From an uncultured virus (IMG/VR IMGVR_UViG_3300031760_000053) (taxonomy: Duplodnaviria > Heunggongvirae > Uroviricota > Caudoviricetes), in the IMG/VR virus record IMGVR_UViG_3300031760_000053: a DNA stretch of 64,000 nt, one strand, 5' to 3'. Both the position numbers and the translations under genes were made by a program. The notes under the pieces were generated by a model. The model was given only the letters and a program-made list of their open reading frames with translations. It was not told the DNA's origin and ran no database searches. Positions 26,120-33,066 of this stretch are shown piece after piece (positions within the stretch are counted from its first letter, which is position 1; the number at the start of each line of letters is the position of its first letter).

Positions 26120-26407
26120 TTACTCCTCGTCGTCGTTGTCTTTCTCTTCAAGCAAGCCCAACTCTTCAAGCCTGCTATCTGAAATCAAACCCTTGTCCAA
26201 GTCCTGCAGCACCGCATCCATTATGAAGTTCTCTTCAGCAGCCTGTTCAAGTGATTGCAATCCTGTTCGACAATCCAAGATTTTATAGAGCCATTTTTCA
26301 TCTCTACCGTTGATTTGTTCTACAAGAGTAAGCTCGTCCTCTGTGCAAACATCGTTGTCCAGTAAAAATATCTCGAATCTATCAATAAACATAGTTCCGT
26401 ACTCCAT
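26120..26407 (-). CDS. acidic conserved phage protein
   Basis: TEDELTLV..ING...RTG..SLEQ pattern; AGGAGG RBS. Confidence 0.7.
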   Translation of the reverse strand: MEYGTMFIDRFEIFLLDNDVCTEDELTLVEQINGRDEKWLYKILDCRTGLQSLEQAAEENFIMDAVLQDLDKGLISDSRLEELGLLEEKDNDDEE

Positions 26408-26416
26408 AGTAACCTC

Positions 26417-26815
26417 CTACCAAATCTCAACGCCCTGTTCTGCGAGGGCTTTTAACTCATCATCAGTAACATCTTTAAGAACGATGTCAACTCTGCGTGA
26501 GTAGAGTTCCTGTTTGTCTTCCTGCCAAGCAGCTTTCTCTTCGGCTGTCGCTGCTCGGAAGGTAGTGCCATTACCTTCACGAGCCACGATGTCCTCAGCA
26601 CTCAGAGTGAAATCGTCGCCCCAATCCTCACCTATCCAGTGAGATTCCGACCAATCAATCGGGCAAGTAACGAACTTGCTTACAAGTTCATTGAGCTGCT
26701 CGACTGTTTCAAAGCTCGACTTGCCAAGAGCAAGAGTCTGGAAAGCGACCCACTTCTGTGTTCCTTCCTCGTATTTTTCGAGGTAGAATTCCTCAGTAGC
26801 TTCTTTGACTACCAT
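26417..26815 (-). CDS. acidic early protein
   Basis: AAGGAG RBS; E/D-rich. Confidence 0.7.
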   Translation of the reverse strand: MVVKEATEEFYLEKYEEGTQKWVAFQTLALGKSSFETVEQLNELVSKFVTCPIDWSESHWIGEDWGDDFTLSAEDIVAREGNGTTFRAATAEEKAAWQEDKQELYSRRVDIVLKDVTDDELKALAEQGVEIW

Positions 26816-26886
26816 AGTAATCTCCTTGGGTTAACCAACCCACACGGTGCACTAGCATACCTAGTGTACCAATGTGTTAGTCAACT
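26816..26886. repeat. CTAG-apex composite element 7
   Basis: - strand GTTGACTAAC-ACATT-GGTACACTAG-gtatg-CTAGTGCACC-GTGTGG-GTTGGTTAAC. Confidence 0.85.
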
Positions 26887-26888
26887 TG

Positions 26889-27287
26889 CTAGAACCAACA
26901 GACTACCTTACCTACTGTTGACCAGTAGAAATCTACGACCTCTTGCAAGTCGTAGGTATATGTATACCTACCGTACTTAAATAGGCAATCATCGGTCTGC
27001 TCATCGTACGTAATACCGAGAGCATTGATAGTGAACTGTAATATCTCTGCATCGGAAAACATAAAGCCATACATATCGATGGCATAAAAGCCTAACCCTA
27101 CTGCCCAGTCCTCACAGACGGCAGGTGTTAAGTTGCTCACACCCTTTTGAGTGCGAACTTTGTCACGAACCTCTGCCATTGTTTTACCGTGCTCTGTAAC
27201 GAGTCCAACTACATAAGCCTTAATAGCCTTAGCAACCTGATTGCGACGTGCAATAGTCATCAATCTTCTAGGTCTAATGTTAACCAT
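26889..27287 (-). CDS. hypothetical early protein
   Basis: start moved to MVNIRP after the AAGGAGATTGAT block. Confidence 0.65.
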   Translation of the reverse strand: MVNIRPRRLMTIARRNQVAKAIKAYVVGLVTEHGKTMAEVRDKVRTQKGVSNLTPAVCEDWAVGLGFYAIDMYGFMFSDAEILQFTINALGITYDEQTDDCLFKYGRYTYTYDLQEVVDFYWSTVGKVVCWF

Positions 27288-27358
27288 ATCAATCTCCTTG
27301 GGTTGTCTAACCCACACGCTACACTAGGTAACTAGTGTAGCAATGTGTTAGACAACTA
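27288..27358. repeat. CTAG-apex composite element 8 (best attC-like copy)
   Basis: - strand GTCTAAC-ACATT-GCTACACTAG-ttac-CTAGTGTAGC-GTGTGG-GTTAGAC (RYYYAAC...GTTRRRY). Confidence 0.85.
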
Positions 27359-27359
27359 A

Positions 27360-27701
27360 CTACTCATCAGCTATCTGTAGTTCAAAGCCTGTCAGACTCT
27401 CAAACTTATCCTTTTGCTCCTCGGTGTATTCTCCTGAATAGTACACCTCTGAGCAAAGGCAATTAGGTCTGATGTCTGTCTTGTCTATGTCTAACCCTGC
27501 GACATAGATAGCTGTTTCAATGCAGTAGCTCCAAAGGAACTCACCGTTGAGTTCAATCCTATTCTCAAGGTCAGCGGCGTAATCGCGTACCAATTCTTTC
27601 CACGCTGTAGAAAGAATGTTGCTGTCCATACCTGCAAACATTGCCTTAGCATCATCTGTTGATACCTGCAAAAGAACTGTTGCCAACTTATCCATATCCA
27701 T
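27360..27701 (-). CDS. acidic hypothetical protein
   Basis: AGGAGG RBS. Confidence 0.65.
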   Translation of the reverse strand: MDMDKLATVLLQVSTDDAKAMFAGMDSNILSTAWKELVRDYAADLENRIELNGEFLWSYCIETAIYVAGLDIDKTDIRPNCLCSEVYYSGEYTEEQKDKFESLTGFELQIADE

Positions 27702-27738
27702 AGTAGTACCTCCTAGTACTATAAAAAATATATATTCT

Positions 27739-27759
27739 AGCAGGGCTTTAAGCCCTGCT
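27739..27759. promoter_or_regulatory. GC-rich hairpin, similar to the one at 19579-19596
   Basis: agcagggct-tta-agccctgct versus gcagggc-tttc-gccctgc. Confidence 0.55.
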
Positions 27760-27766
27760 TACCTAC

Positions 27767-28345
27767 CTAAAACTCATTGAACAAAACCTTTATGTATCGC
27801 ATCAACGAAAAAGGTTTGTCTACAGGAACTTTAACCTGCTTATAGTTACCCTCAAGCCACGGCTCTCCGTTTATGATACGGAATTTCACGGCATAAGGTA
27901 ACAATCTACAAGCTGATTGCATACGGAGCATTGTACTCCAAGTTAAGTACTCGCTGTGTAAGATACAAGTAACATCTTTTACTTCACCATCGAAGAAGTT
28001 ATCAAAGCTGACTCCAAACAAATACGAGTCGTAGTACATAGCATCTACCCCGTGTCCGAAGCTACTTGATAGCCAAGTGTTCCTATCTACATAGTAGTAG
28101 CTGTTGACAGTACCTCTTGCTTTAACCTTCAAGAGTTCATACCGCATCCTACTAGCAAGAGTTCTTGTAATCTTTCTACTCTCGTGGAAAGACATCGTTT
28201 TCTTTTGTCTTACTAGACAATAGAAACTCTCCTTTGAAGTTCCCTTTAGATACTCTGTGTACTCTTTAGCAGAGTTCTCTGTTGAGAACGAAGCTTTAGT
28301 AACCTCGCTCTCTCTTATGCCTATCGCAACATAATACTGTTTCAT
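27767..28345 (-). CDS. hypothetical early protein
   Basis: AGGAGG RBS. Confidence 0.65.
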   Translation of the reverse strand: MKQYYVAIGIRESEVTKASFSTENSAKEYTEYLKGTSKESFYCLVRQKKTMSFHESRKITRTLASRMRYELLKVKARGTVNSYYYVDRNTWLSSSFGHGVDAMYYDSYLFGVSFDNFFDGEVKDVTCILHSEYLTWSTMLRMQSACRLLPYAVKFRIINGEPWLEGNYKQVKVPVDKPFSLMRYIKVLFNEF

Positions 28346-28364
28346 TCCAGTACCTCCTAGTACT

Positions 28365-28808
28365 TTATTTTACGAACTCTTTTACAAGTCCGTCTTTTGA
28401 AAATCCATAAGAGATGTATACAATCTCTTTGCCTTTGTCCTGTTTCCAGAGGGCAACCCCTCCGTCGTATAGGTTTCCGTCGTGTCCTTCCCAAGCCTGT
28501 CGCTTAGTAATAACCCACAACGTTTCACTACTAGTATGGAGTTCGTCTTCAACAAACTCTATACTGCCGTCGTCAACTATACTATCATTGTCTACGATAG
28601 TATGCCCGTCTTCGTCTACTGGATACACTGTGAAGCACAGCTCTCCATAGTGGTCGAATACATTGATGTCAAACTCTTTGTCGCCATCAACATAGCCAAG
28701 CCACTCATCATCGATGTTGAGTGGAAGCTCTCCCACTTCAACCAAATCCCTCTTGCCGATTGCGGCAAGTACCTTGTAGCAGTTCGCTTCTTTCTTTAGA
28801 AAGACCAT
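28365..28808 (-). CDS. acidic hypothetical protein
   Basis: AAGGAG RBS. Confidence 0.65.
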   Translation of the reverse strand: MVFLKKEANCYKVLAAIGKRDLVEVGELPLNIDDEWLGYVDGDKEFDINVFDHYGELCFTVYPVDEDGHTIVDNDSIVDDGSIEFVEDELHTSSETLWVITKRQAWEGHDGNLYDGGVALWKQDKGKEIVYISYGFSKDGLVKEFVK

Positions 28809-28820
28809 AGCTTTGCTCCT

Positions 28821-28880
28821 TTAGTTACTTGAGTAACTATTCAACAGCCCTAGATTACTAGGACTGTCAAGGGTTACTAA
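28821..28880. repeat. CTAG-apex composite element 9
   Basis: tagttact-tg-agtaacta small hairpin; acagccCTAG-atta-CTAGgactgt; outer agtaac/gttact. Confidence 0.75.
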
Positions 28881-28882
28881 AG

Positions 28883-29290
28883 TTACTTTGTAATCTCTTC
28901 AACCTCATACTCTTTGCTTGTTTCAAAGAACCTGTCGCACTTTGAGAGTGCTTTTTTGTAGCACTCTTCATTATCTGGCTCTCCCAGATAATCATAAAAG
29001 TTATTGTCTATCAAGATACCTACTAGCATCTTATAGTAGGCTCTGGCTTCAAAGCCGAAGTCAAACACCCTTATAGTGTTGTCAGCTGACTGAGGGGCAA
29101 CCACAATCTGTTTCAGGTTGCTATCAAAGTACATAGCGACATAGAAGTTGTCGTGGTCGTCATCGTGAGTCCCACTCCACTCACTAACGAGCTTCTTTGT
29201 GAGTGGAGTGCCGTTGTTCTCCATTGCGTACGTGTCGCTTCCATAACGTGCGTTGTATTCGCACCCTTCCATTACTCCGAAGTGTAACAT
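28883..29290 (-). CDS. hypothetical early protein
   Basis: AAGGAG RBS. Confidence 0.65.
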   Translation of the reverse strand: MLHFGVMEGCEYNARYGSDTYAMENNGTPLTKKLVSEWSGTHDDDHDNFYVAMYFDSNLKQIVVAPQSADNTIRVFDFGFEARAYYKMLVGILIDNNFYDYLGEPDNEECYKKALSKCDRFFETSKEYEVEEITK

Positions 29291-29302
29291 CTTAAACTCC
29301 TT

Positions 29303-29360
29303 GTTGCTCTAGCAACTATTCAAGCACACTAGAATTACTAGTGTGCTTGAGGGGTACTAG
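29303..29360. repeat. CTAG-apex composite element 10
   Basis: gttgct-ct-agcaac; tcaagcacaCTAG-aatta-CTAGtgtgcttga. Confidence 0.8.
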
Positions 29361-29491
29361 AACCCTGCTACGTCTACTGACGTTGCGTCGTAGTCGTAGA
29401 TGTTAATTGAGTAGCCGTGAATACCTGCCACGGCTGCAGCCACTAGCAAAACACTAAGAATTATTCCTAGCACAGCTATGCTTTTTGTCAT
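29357..29491 (-). CDS. small TM peptide
   Basis: MTKSIAVLGIILSVLLVAAAVAG; GGAGG upstream. Confidence 0.45.
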   Translation of the reverse strand: MTKSIAVLGIILSVLLVAAAVAGIHGYSINIYDYDATSVDVAGF

Positions 29492-29621
29492 ATCTCTTGC
29501 CCTCCCAAGCAAGCTGTATGTATAGGGAGTATGCTCGCTCCCTGTCGAGCTTTCTTTCAATAGCGTACGGTGTTAGTGCCGCACGCAATCTTTCACAAGC
29601 AATGTCTAACTCGCTCATCAT
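29454..29621 (-). CDS. small hypothetical protein
   Basis: MMSELD start after AAGGAGATTG. Confidence 0.55.
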   Translation of the reverse strand: MMSELDIACERLRAALTPYAIERKLDRERAYSLYIQLAWEGKRYDKKHSCARNNS

Positions 29622-29631
29622 CAATCTCCTT

Positions 29632-29697
29632 GCTGTTAACCAGCTATGCAAACAGTACTAGCACTAGGCTAGTACTGTTCACGGGCGGGTCAACTAG
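29632..29697. repeat. CTAG-apex composite element 11
   Basis: aacagtaCTAG-cactagg-CTAGtactgtt with gctg/cagc small hairpin. Confidence 0.75.
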
Positions 29698-30023
29698 ATG
29701 TCGTATACACACTCAGGGTTTCTTATGTCTACCCTAAGCCACTTTAACTGGAAGCCCTCTGGAAGTGTCTTCGCTCCCTCAGGCAAGCGTCCACCAATCA
29801 ACTGGCACACAAAGAGTGTATCACCGTAGTTGAGAGAGACTGTCTCTCTGTTGAAGGGGAAGCCAGCTACATTAGCAGTGTCCTGATGTCCGATGATACT
29901 CTTAGCACCATTCTCAAACGCCTTGCGAGCGTCGTCCTCTGAGCAAGGAACTGTACGAACATCGGCAACGAAGTCGCATCCTACTAGCATCTGTAAACTA
30001 AAACCATTTGTGATGTACTCCAT
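29694..30023 (-). CDS. DUF1874 / STIV B116-like protein, candidate AcrIII-1 ring nuclease
   Basis: YITNGFSLQML, SIIGHQDTA (GH motif), FNRETVSL.YGD, QL.GGRLPEG match the DUF1874 pattern. Confidence 0.75.
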   Translation of the reverse strand: MEYITNGFSLQMLVGCDFVADVRTVPCSEDDARKAFENGAKSIIGHQDTANVAGFPFNRETVSLNYGDTLFVCQLIGGRLPEGAKTLPEGFQLKWLRVDIRNPECVYDI

Positions 30024-30058
30024 AGTTGTAGCGGGGATACTGACCTCCCCGCAAGGTC
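30024..30058 (-). promoter_or_regulatory. H-type pseudoknot in RBS position (copy D)
   Basis: GACC-UU-GCGGGGA-GGUC-AGUA-UCCCCGC-UACAACU-AUG. Confidence 0.65.
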
Positions 30059-30077
30059 TTAAAGTTTTTTTTGTAGT

Positions 30078-30137
30078 TGGGTTAACAACCCATTCAAGTA
30101 GCCTAGTATTTCTAGGCTACTTGAATGGGTTGTTAAC
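30078..30137. repeat. CTAG-apex element 12, perfect 26-bp stem
   Basis: gttaacaacccattcaagtagcCTAG-tattt-CTAGgctacttgaatgggttgttaac. Confidence 0.9.
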
Positions 30138-30451
30138 TAGAGGCGTTTCGCTGCTGCTATAGCAACCTCGTACGCCTCTTCGTTGCTTATAGGTTCGTCC
30201 TCTGAAAGTTCCTCAAGAACATCGCTTATCTTTTTACAAAAGACTATCGCCTCTGCCTTGTCTTCAAAAGCAATAGCCTTTTCCATACTTTCTGACGCTA
30301 CTACATAGCAACCGCTGTCCACGTCTTTAACGACTCCGACATAAAGGTCGTCGTCTGGAAAAGCACTGAATGAAGTCATTTCACAATATGTTATGACTTC
30401 GTTGTTAATATTAGCAAGAACTACACAGCCTTCAATTTCTAATTCTTTCAT
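30137..30451 (-). CDS. acidic hypothetical early protein
   Basis: 104-aa ORF; no SD at normal spacing. Confidence 0.65.
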   Translation of the reverse strand: MKELEIEGCVVLANINNEVITYCEMTSFSAFPDDDLYVGVVKDVDSGCYVVASESMEKAIAFEDKAEAIVFCKKISDVLEELSEDEPISNEEAYEVAIAAAKRL

Positions 30452-30487
30452 ACAAGTAGCGGGGATACTGACCTCCCCCGTAAGGTC
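30452..30487 (-). promoter_or_regulatory. H-type pseudoknot in RBS position (copy C)
   Basis: GACC-UUACGGGGGA-GGUC-AGUA-UCCCCG-CUACUUGU-AUG. Confidence 0.6.
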
Positions 30488-30501
30488 TAAAAAATGTTGT
30501 T

Positions 30502-30560
30502 TTGGATTAGCAATCCATCTAGTAGCACTAGAATTCTAATGCTACTAGGAGAGTGCTAAG
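30502..30560. repeat. degenerate CTAG-apex element 13
   Basis: tggatt/aatcca small hairpin; ctagtagca-CTAG-aatt-CTAA-tgctactag. Confidence 0.65.
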
Positions 30561-30962
30561 CTACTCTTCGTCTAGTGGTGTGTTAAAGCACCACCACAGG
30601 AAGTTCTCTCTCCACTCGTCATACGAGCGAGGGAAGCCGTCCATTCTCAAGACGGCTAAAAAGTGGTTTTGCTCTCGGAGCTTGTCGAGTTTTGCGAGGC
30701 ACTCGTACACTCTGTATCGAGCAACCTCCCAATCCATATCAGCACACCACCAATGCGCCTGAGCAGCTGCTCTCTTAATGTTCCTACTAGAACCATAGTA
30801 GGCTCTAGCATCGAGGTACTGCTCCTTATACTCTCTTGCAAGGCGGTTAGCTTCTCTTACGAGAAGCTGAACCTCGTCTTGAGGGTTTAAGCCGATAACG
30901 TCCTGCCCCATAAGAGTAATGCCGTCAGCTATCAATTCAAAATCAACATCAAACTTTGCCAT
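30561..30962 (-). CDS. hypothetical early protein
   Basis: 133-aa ORF. Confidence 0.65.
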   Translation of the reverse strand: MAKFDVDFELIADGITLMGQDVIGLNPQDEVQLLVREANRLAREYKEQYLDARAYYGSSRNIKRAAAQAHWWCADMDWEVARYRVYECLAKLDKLREQNHFLAVLRMDGFPRSYDEWRENFLWWCFNTPLDEE

Positions 30963-30993
30963 AGTAGTCGCTCGCTTAACCGCCAGCTAGGTC
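30963..30993 (-). promoter_or_regulatory. H-type pseudoknot in RBS position (copy B)
   Basis: GACC-UAGCUGGC-GGUU-AA-GCGAGC-GACUACU-AUG. Confidence 0.6.
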
Positions 30994-31003
30994 TGTAAAA
31001 TTA

Positions 31004-31060
31004 TGGGTTTAACTAACCCACTCGGCACACTAGCCCTACTAGTGTGCCAATGTGTTAGCT
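31004..31060. repeat. CTAG-apex composite element 14
   Basis: - strand AGCTAAC-ACATT-GGCACACTAG-taggg-CTAGTGTGCC-GAGTGG-GTTAGTT. Confidence 0.85.
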
Positions 31061-31730
31061 AAAAGAGCTTACTTATTGCCTGAGCATACTGCTCAGCGTT
31101 CAAGATTCCACTCTTGAACAGGTCTGTTAATACAGCCGCTCTGGCTGTATTGTCTACCTTAGGCTGTACGGGCTGTGGGGCAGGGGTTACCTTTGGAGCA
31201 GGGGTGTATACAGGCTGTGGCTGTGGCTGTGGCTGTGGCTGTGGCTGTGGAGCTGGCATACCGAAGCACATCGGTATCTCGCTAAATGTCGGCAAGCCAC
31301 CTTTAGCCTTTCTGAAGAGCTTACTTAGCTTTTCACAGAGTCGCTCCATATCAGTCCAAAGGTACTGACATTGAGGGCGGAAGCGTCCAAAACAGGTGTC
31401 CAATGTCGGTGCACCCATACGTCCCGACCCTCCCCACATCTCGATGGCTATAACAAGAGAGATTTGTGTAGTGTTGAGAAACTTTCTCAGCTCCTTGACA
31501 GAGCTATCTTCCTCGTGGCTAGTAAGCCACTCAAGAAGCCAGTGCCTGTTCTTCTTAGCCTCCTCAGGCGACACGTCCCCCTTGTACATAGCTAGGGCTG
31601 GTATAGCCCTCTTTGCTTTGTGGCAGTATGCCATAAAGGTGTCCCAGTTAACAGGCTTGATAGCCTGCTCTACAGCAGGCTTAGAAGTTGCCTTGCAACC
31701 AGCCGCAAGAATATCCTTTGTTATAAACAT
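31059..31730 (-). CDS. first early gene; PQ linker and C-terminal SHOCT-like domain
   Basis: (PQ)n linker; LTDLFKSGILNAEQYAQAISKL resembles SHOCT. Confidence 0.7.
   Translation of the reverse strand: MFITKDILAAGCKATSKPAVEQAIKPVNWDTFMAYCHKAKRAIPALAMYKGDVSPEEAKKNRHWLLEWLTSHEEDSSVKELRKFLNTTQISLVIAIEMWGGSGRMGAPTLDTCFGRFRPQCQYLWTDMERLCEKLSKLFRKAKGGLPTFSEIPMCFGMPAPQPQPQPQPQPQPVYTPAPKVTPAPQPVQPKVDNTARAAVLTDLFKSGILNAEQYAQAISKLF
31213..31248. repeat. (GGCTGT)6 in-frame microsatellite encoding PQ repeats
   Basis: six exact hexamer copies. Confidence 0.9.
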
Positions 31731-31763
31731 AATAGTAGCTCGCTACTAGCCGCCAGCTAGGCT
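31731..31763 (-). promoter_or_regulatory. H-type pseudoknot in RBS position (copy A)
   Basis: AGCC-UAGCUGGC-GGCU-AGUA-GCGAGCUA-CUAUU-AUG. Confidence 0.6.
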
Positions 31764-31783
31764 GAGAGATATAGTTGCCTACG

Positions 31784-31827
31784 CAACTAATCAAACCTTT
31801 AAGTAGTCTTAAAGGTTTGATTAGTTG
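31784..31827. repeat. perfect 20-bp hairpin in the early leader
   Basis: caactaatcaaacctttaag-tagt-cttaaaggtttgattagttg. Confidence 0.85.
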
Positions 31828-32632
31828 GGGTACTGTAACAAGAAGTACCCCCGCCCTACTAGTTGAGTTACCAACGAAAAAACCCTGCCCGATAGCCATC
31901 ACCCTACTAGTAGGATAAATCAGGTTTAGGTCTTTTTGACTGTAGGCGTCAAGTCAACTAGTTGACAGTAACAGGGGGCATAGGGCTTAACCTACACCAA
32001 AGTTAGAAGGTGTTAGTTACTATCAACAGCCATAAAATTATATCTCTGTTTTTCAGAGGGGCGGCTTTTGCTTGCGCTACTCACCGCTACTCAGCTTTTG
32101 GACTTACCCCCTTGATAGCTCTAGGGAACAGTATCCTAAGTCGGTAAATTGTCGCAAGGTTTGAAAAGGCTTTATTTCCATACGTCACCCTACTACTTAT
32201 CTGTAGCATCGGCTGTTGATTATCATCATCTAGTCTACATCAAGTATCACGCCCGCCTTATCGCGATTGTGCAAAAACTCAAGCTACTAGTAGCTTTTTG
32301 TTTACTCGGTTAACTATCTCTGTTTATAACCGCCGTGGGTTTATCGCTATGTACTTATAGCTTTTTCGCTCTAGCATTGCGCTTTTCTACTTGTTAACTT
32401 TTATCGCCTGTTAACAGGTCTATCGTCGCAATCCTTGCTAGTTCAAAAGCAACTCGTCAAGCTCGTCGCTTTATGGTTATAATATAAAGCATATACAGAA
32501 AAAAGTAAAATCCTAAGGTACATTTACACACTCACATAATTTTTTAACTAAAAACTTCAAAAAAAACCGAAAATCACGAAATCCTCGCACGTTGCTTTAT
32601 AGATAGCAACAATATCAGTAGCACCATAGGAG

Positions 32633-32812
32633 TTACTAAAATATTTTCTAAACTCGTACAAGTGCATTTTTTCAAAACGGCTTTGACCACTTCCCCCAAT
32701 ATATATGTATTTTTTATACTCTATGAGGGTATAAAATTTTTTGACGCTAGAAGTATAGGTTAAAAGGGTGTAAAAAAACTCATTTGGACGAGTTTAGAAA
32801 ATATTTTAGTAA
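32633..32812. repeat. 25-bp perfect inverted repeat around a 130-bp spacer containing the 16-bp core in reverse orientation
   Basis: arms 32633-32657 and 32788-32812; ttttgacgctagaagt at 32739-32754. Confidence 0.85.
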
Positions 32813-33031
32813 AAAGTAGTGAATCACAGGACTTTTACTATTGATTGCCGTGATAATGTGGCGGTGATTCCGTGATAAATGGAGGGGTTTACAGAAAATT
32901 GACCACCCCCATCCCATAAAATATGCATATTTTCAATATAATTTTAAGAAAATACGCGTCTAAGAGGTCTTTTAAGGGGGTAGGGGTATGTCGAACTTAA
33001 ATAACTTGTTACGTACAGTTAAGAAAAAAGG

Positions 33032-33060
33032 TTGACATATACATTTTTTTTCTATATAAT
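33032..33060 (+). promoter_or_regulatory. perfect-consensus sigma70 promoter for the packaging arm
   Basis: TTGACA (33032-33037), 17 bp, TATAAT (33055-33060). Confidence 0.85.
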
Positions 33061-33066
33061 AAAAGA

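Noticed and set aside
24063..30137. REP/RAYT elements (GTAG in some stems)
   Set aside because: GTAG is inside the stem in only some copies, and no HUH transposase is evident.
23284..31060. CRISPR array interpretation of the palindromic repeats
   Set aside because: Repeats are separated by whole genes rather than 30-40 bp spacers, vary in sequence, and no cas genes are visible.
25108..31060. Calling the array a bona fide integron
   Set aside because: No tyrosine recombinase or attI seen; sites are ~49 bp, lack extrahelical bases, only some match RYYYAAC/GTTRRRY, and R-box complementarity is mostly within a site rather than across a cassette. Kept only as attC-like.
23284..31060. Hairpins as ordinary intrinsic terminators
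   Set aside because: Most lack a U-tract on the coding strand and run directly into an RBS, with no promoter recognised between genes.
32739..32770. 16-bp shared core as a simple sigma70 promoter (TTGACG)
   Set aside because: No acceptable -10 at 16-18 bp in the 32.7-kb copy.
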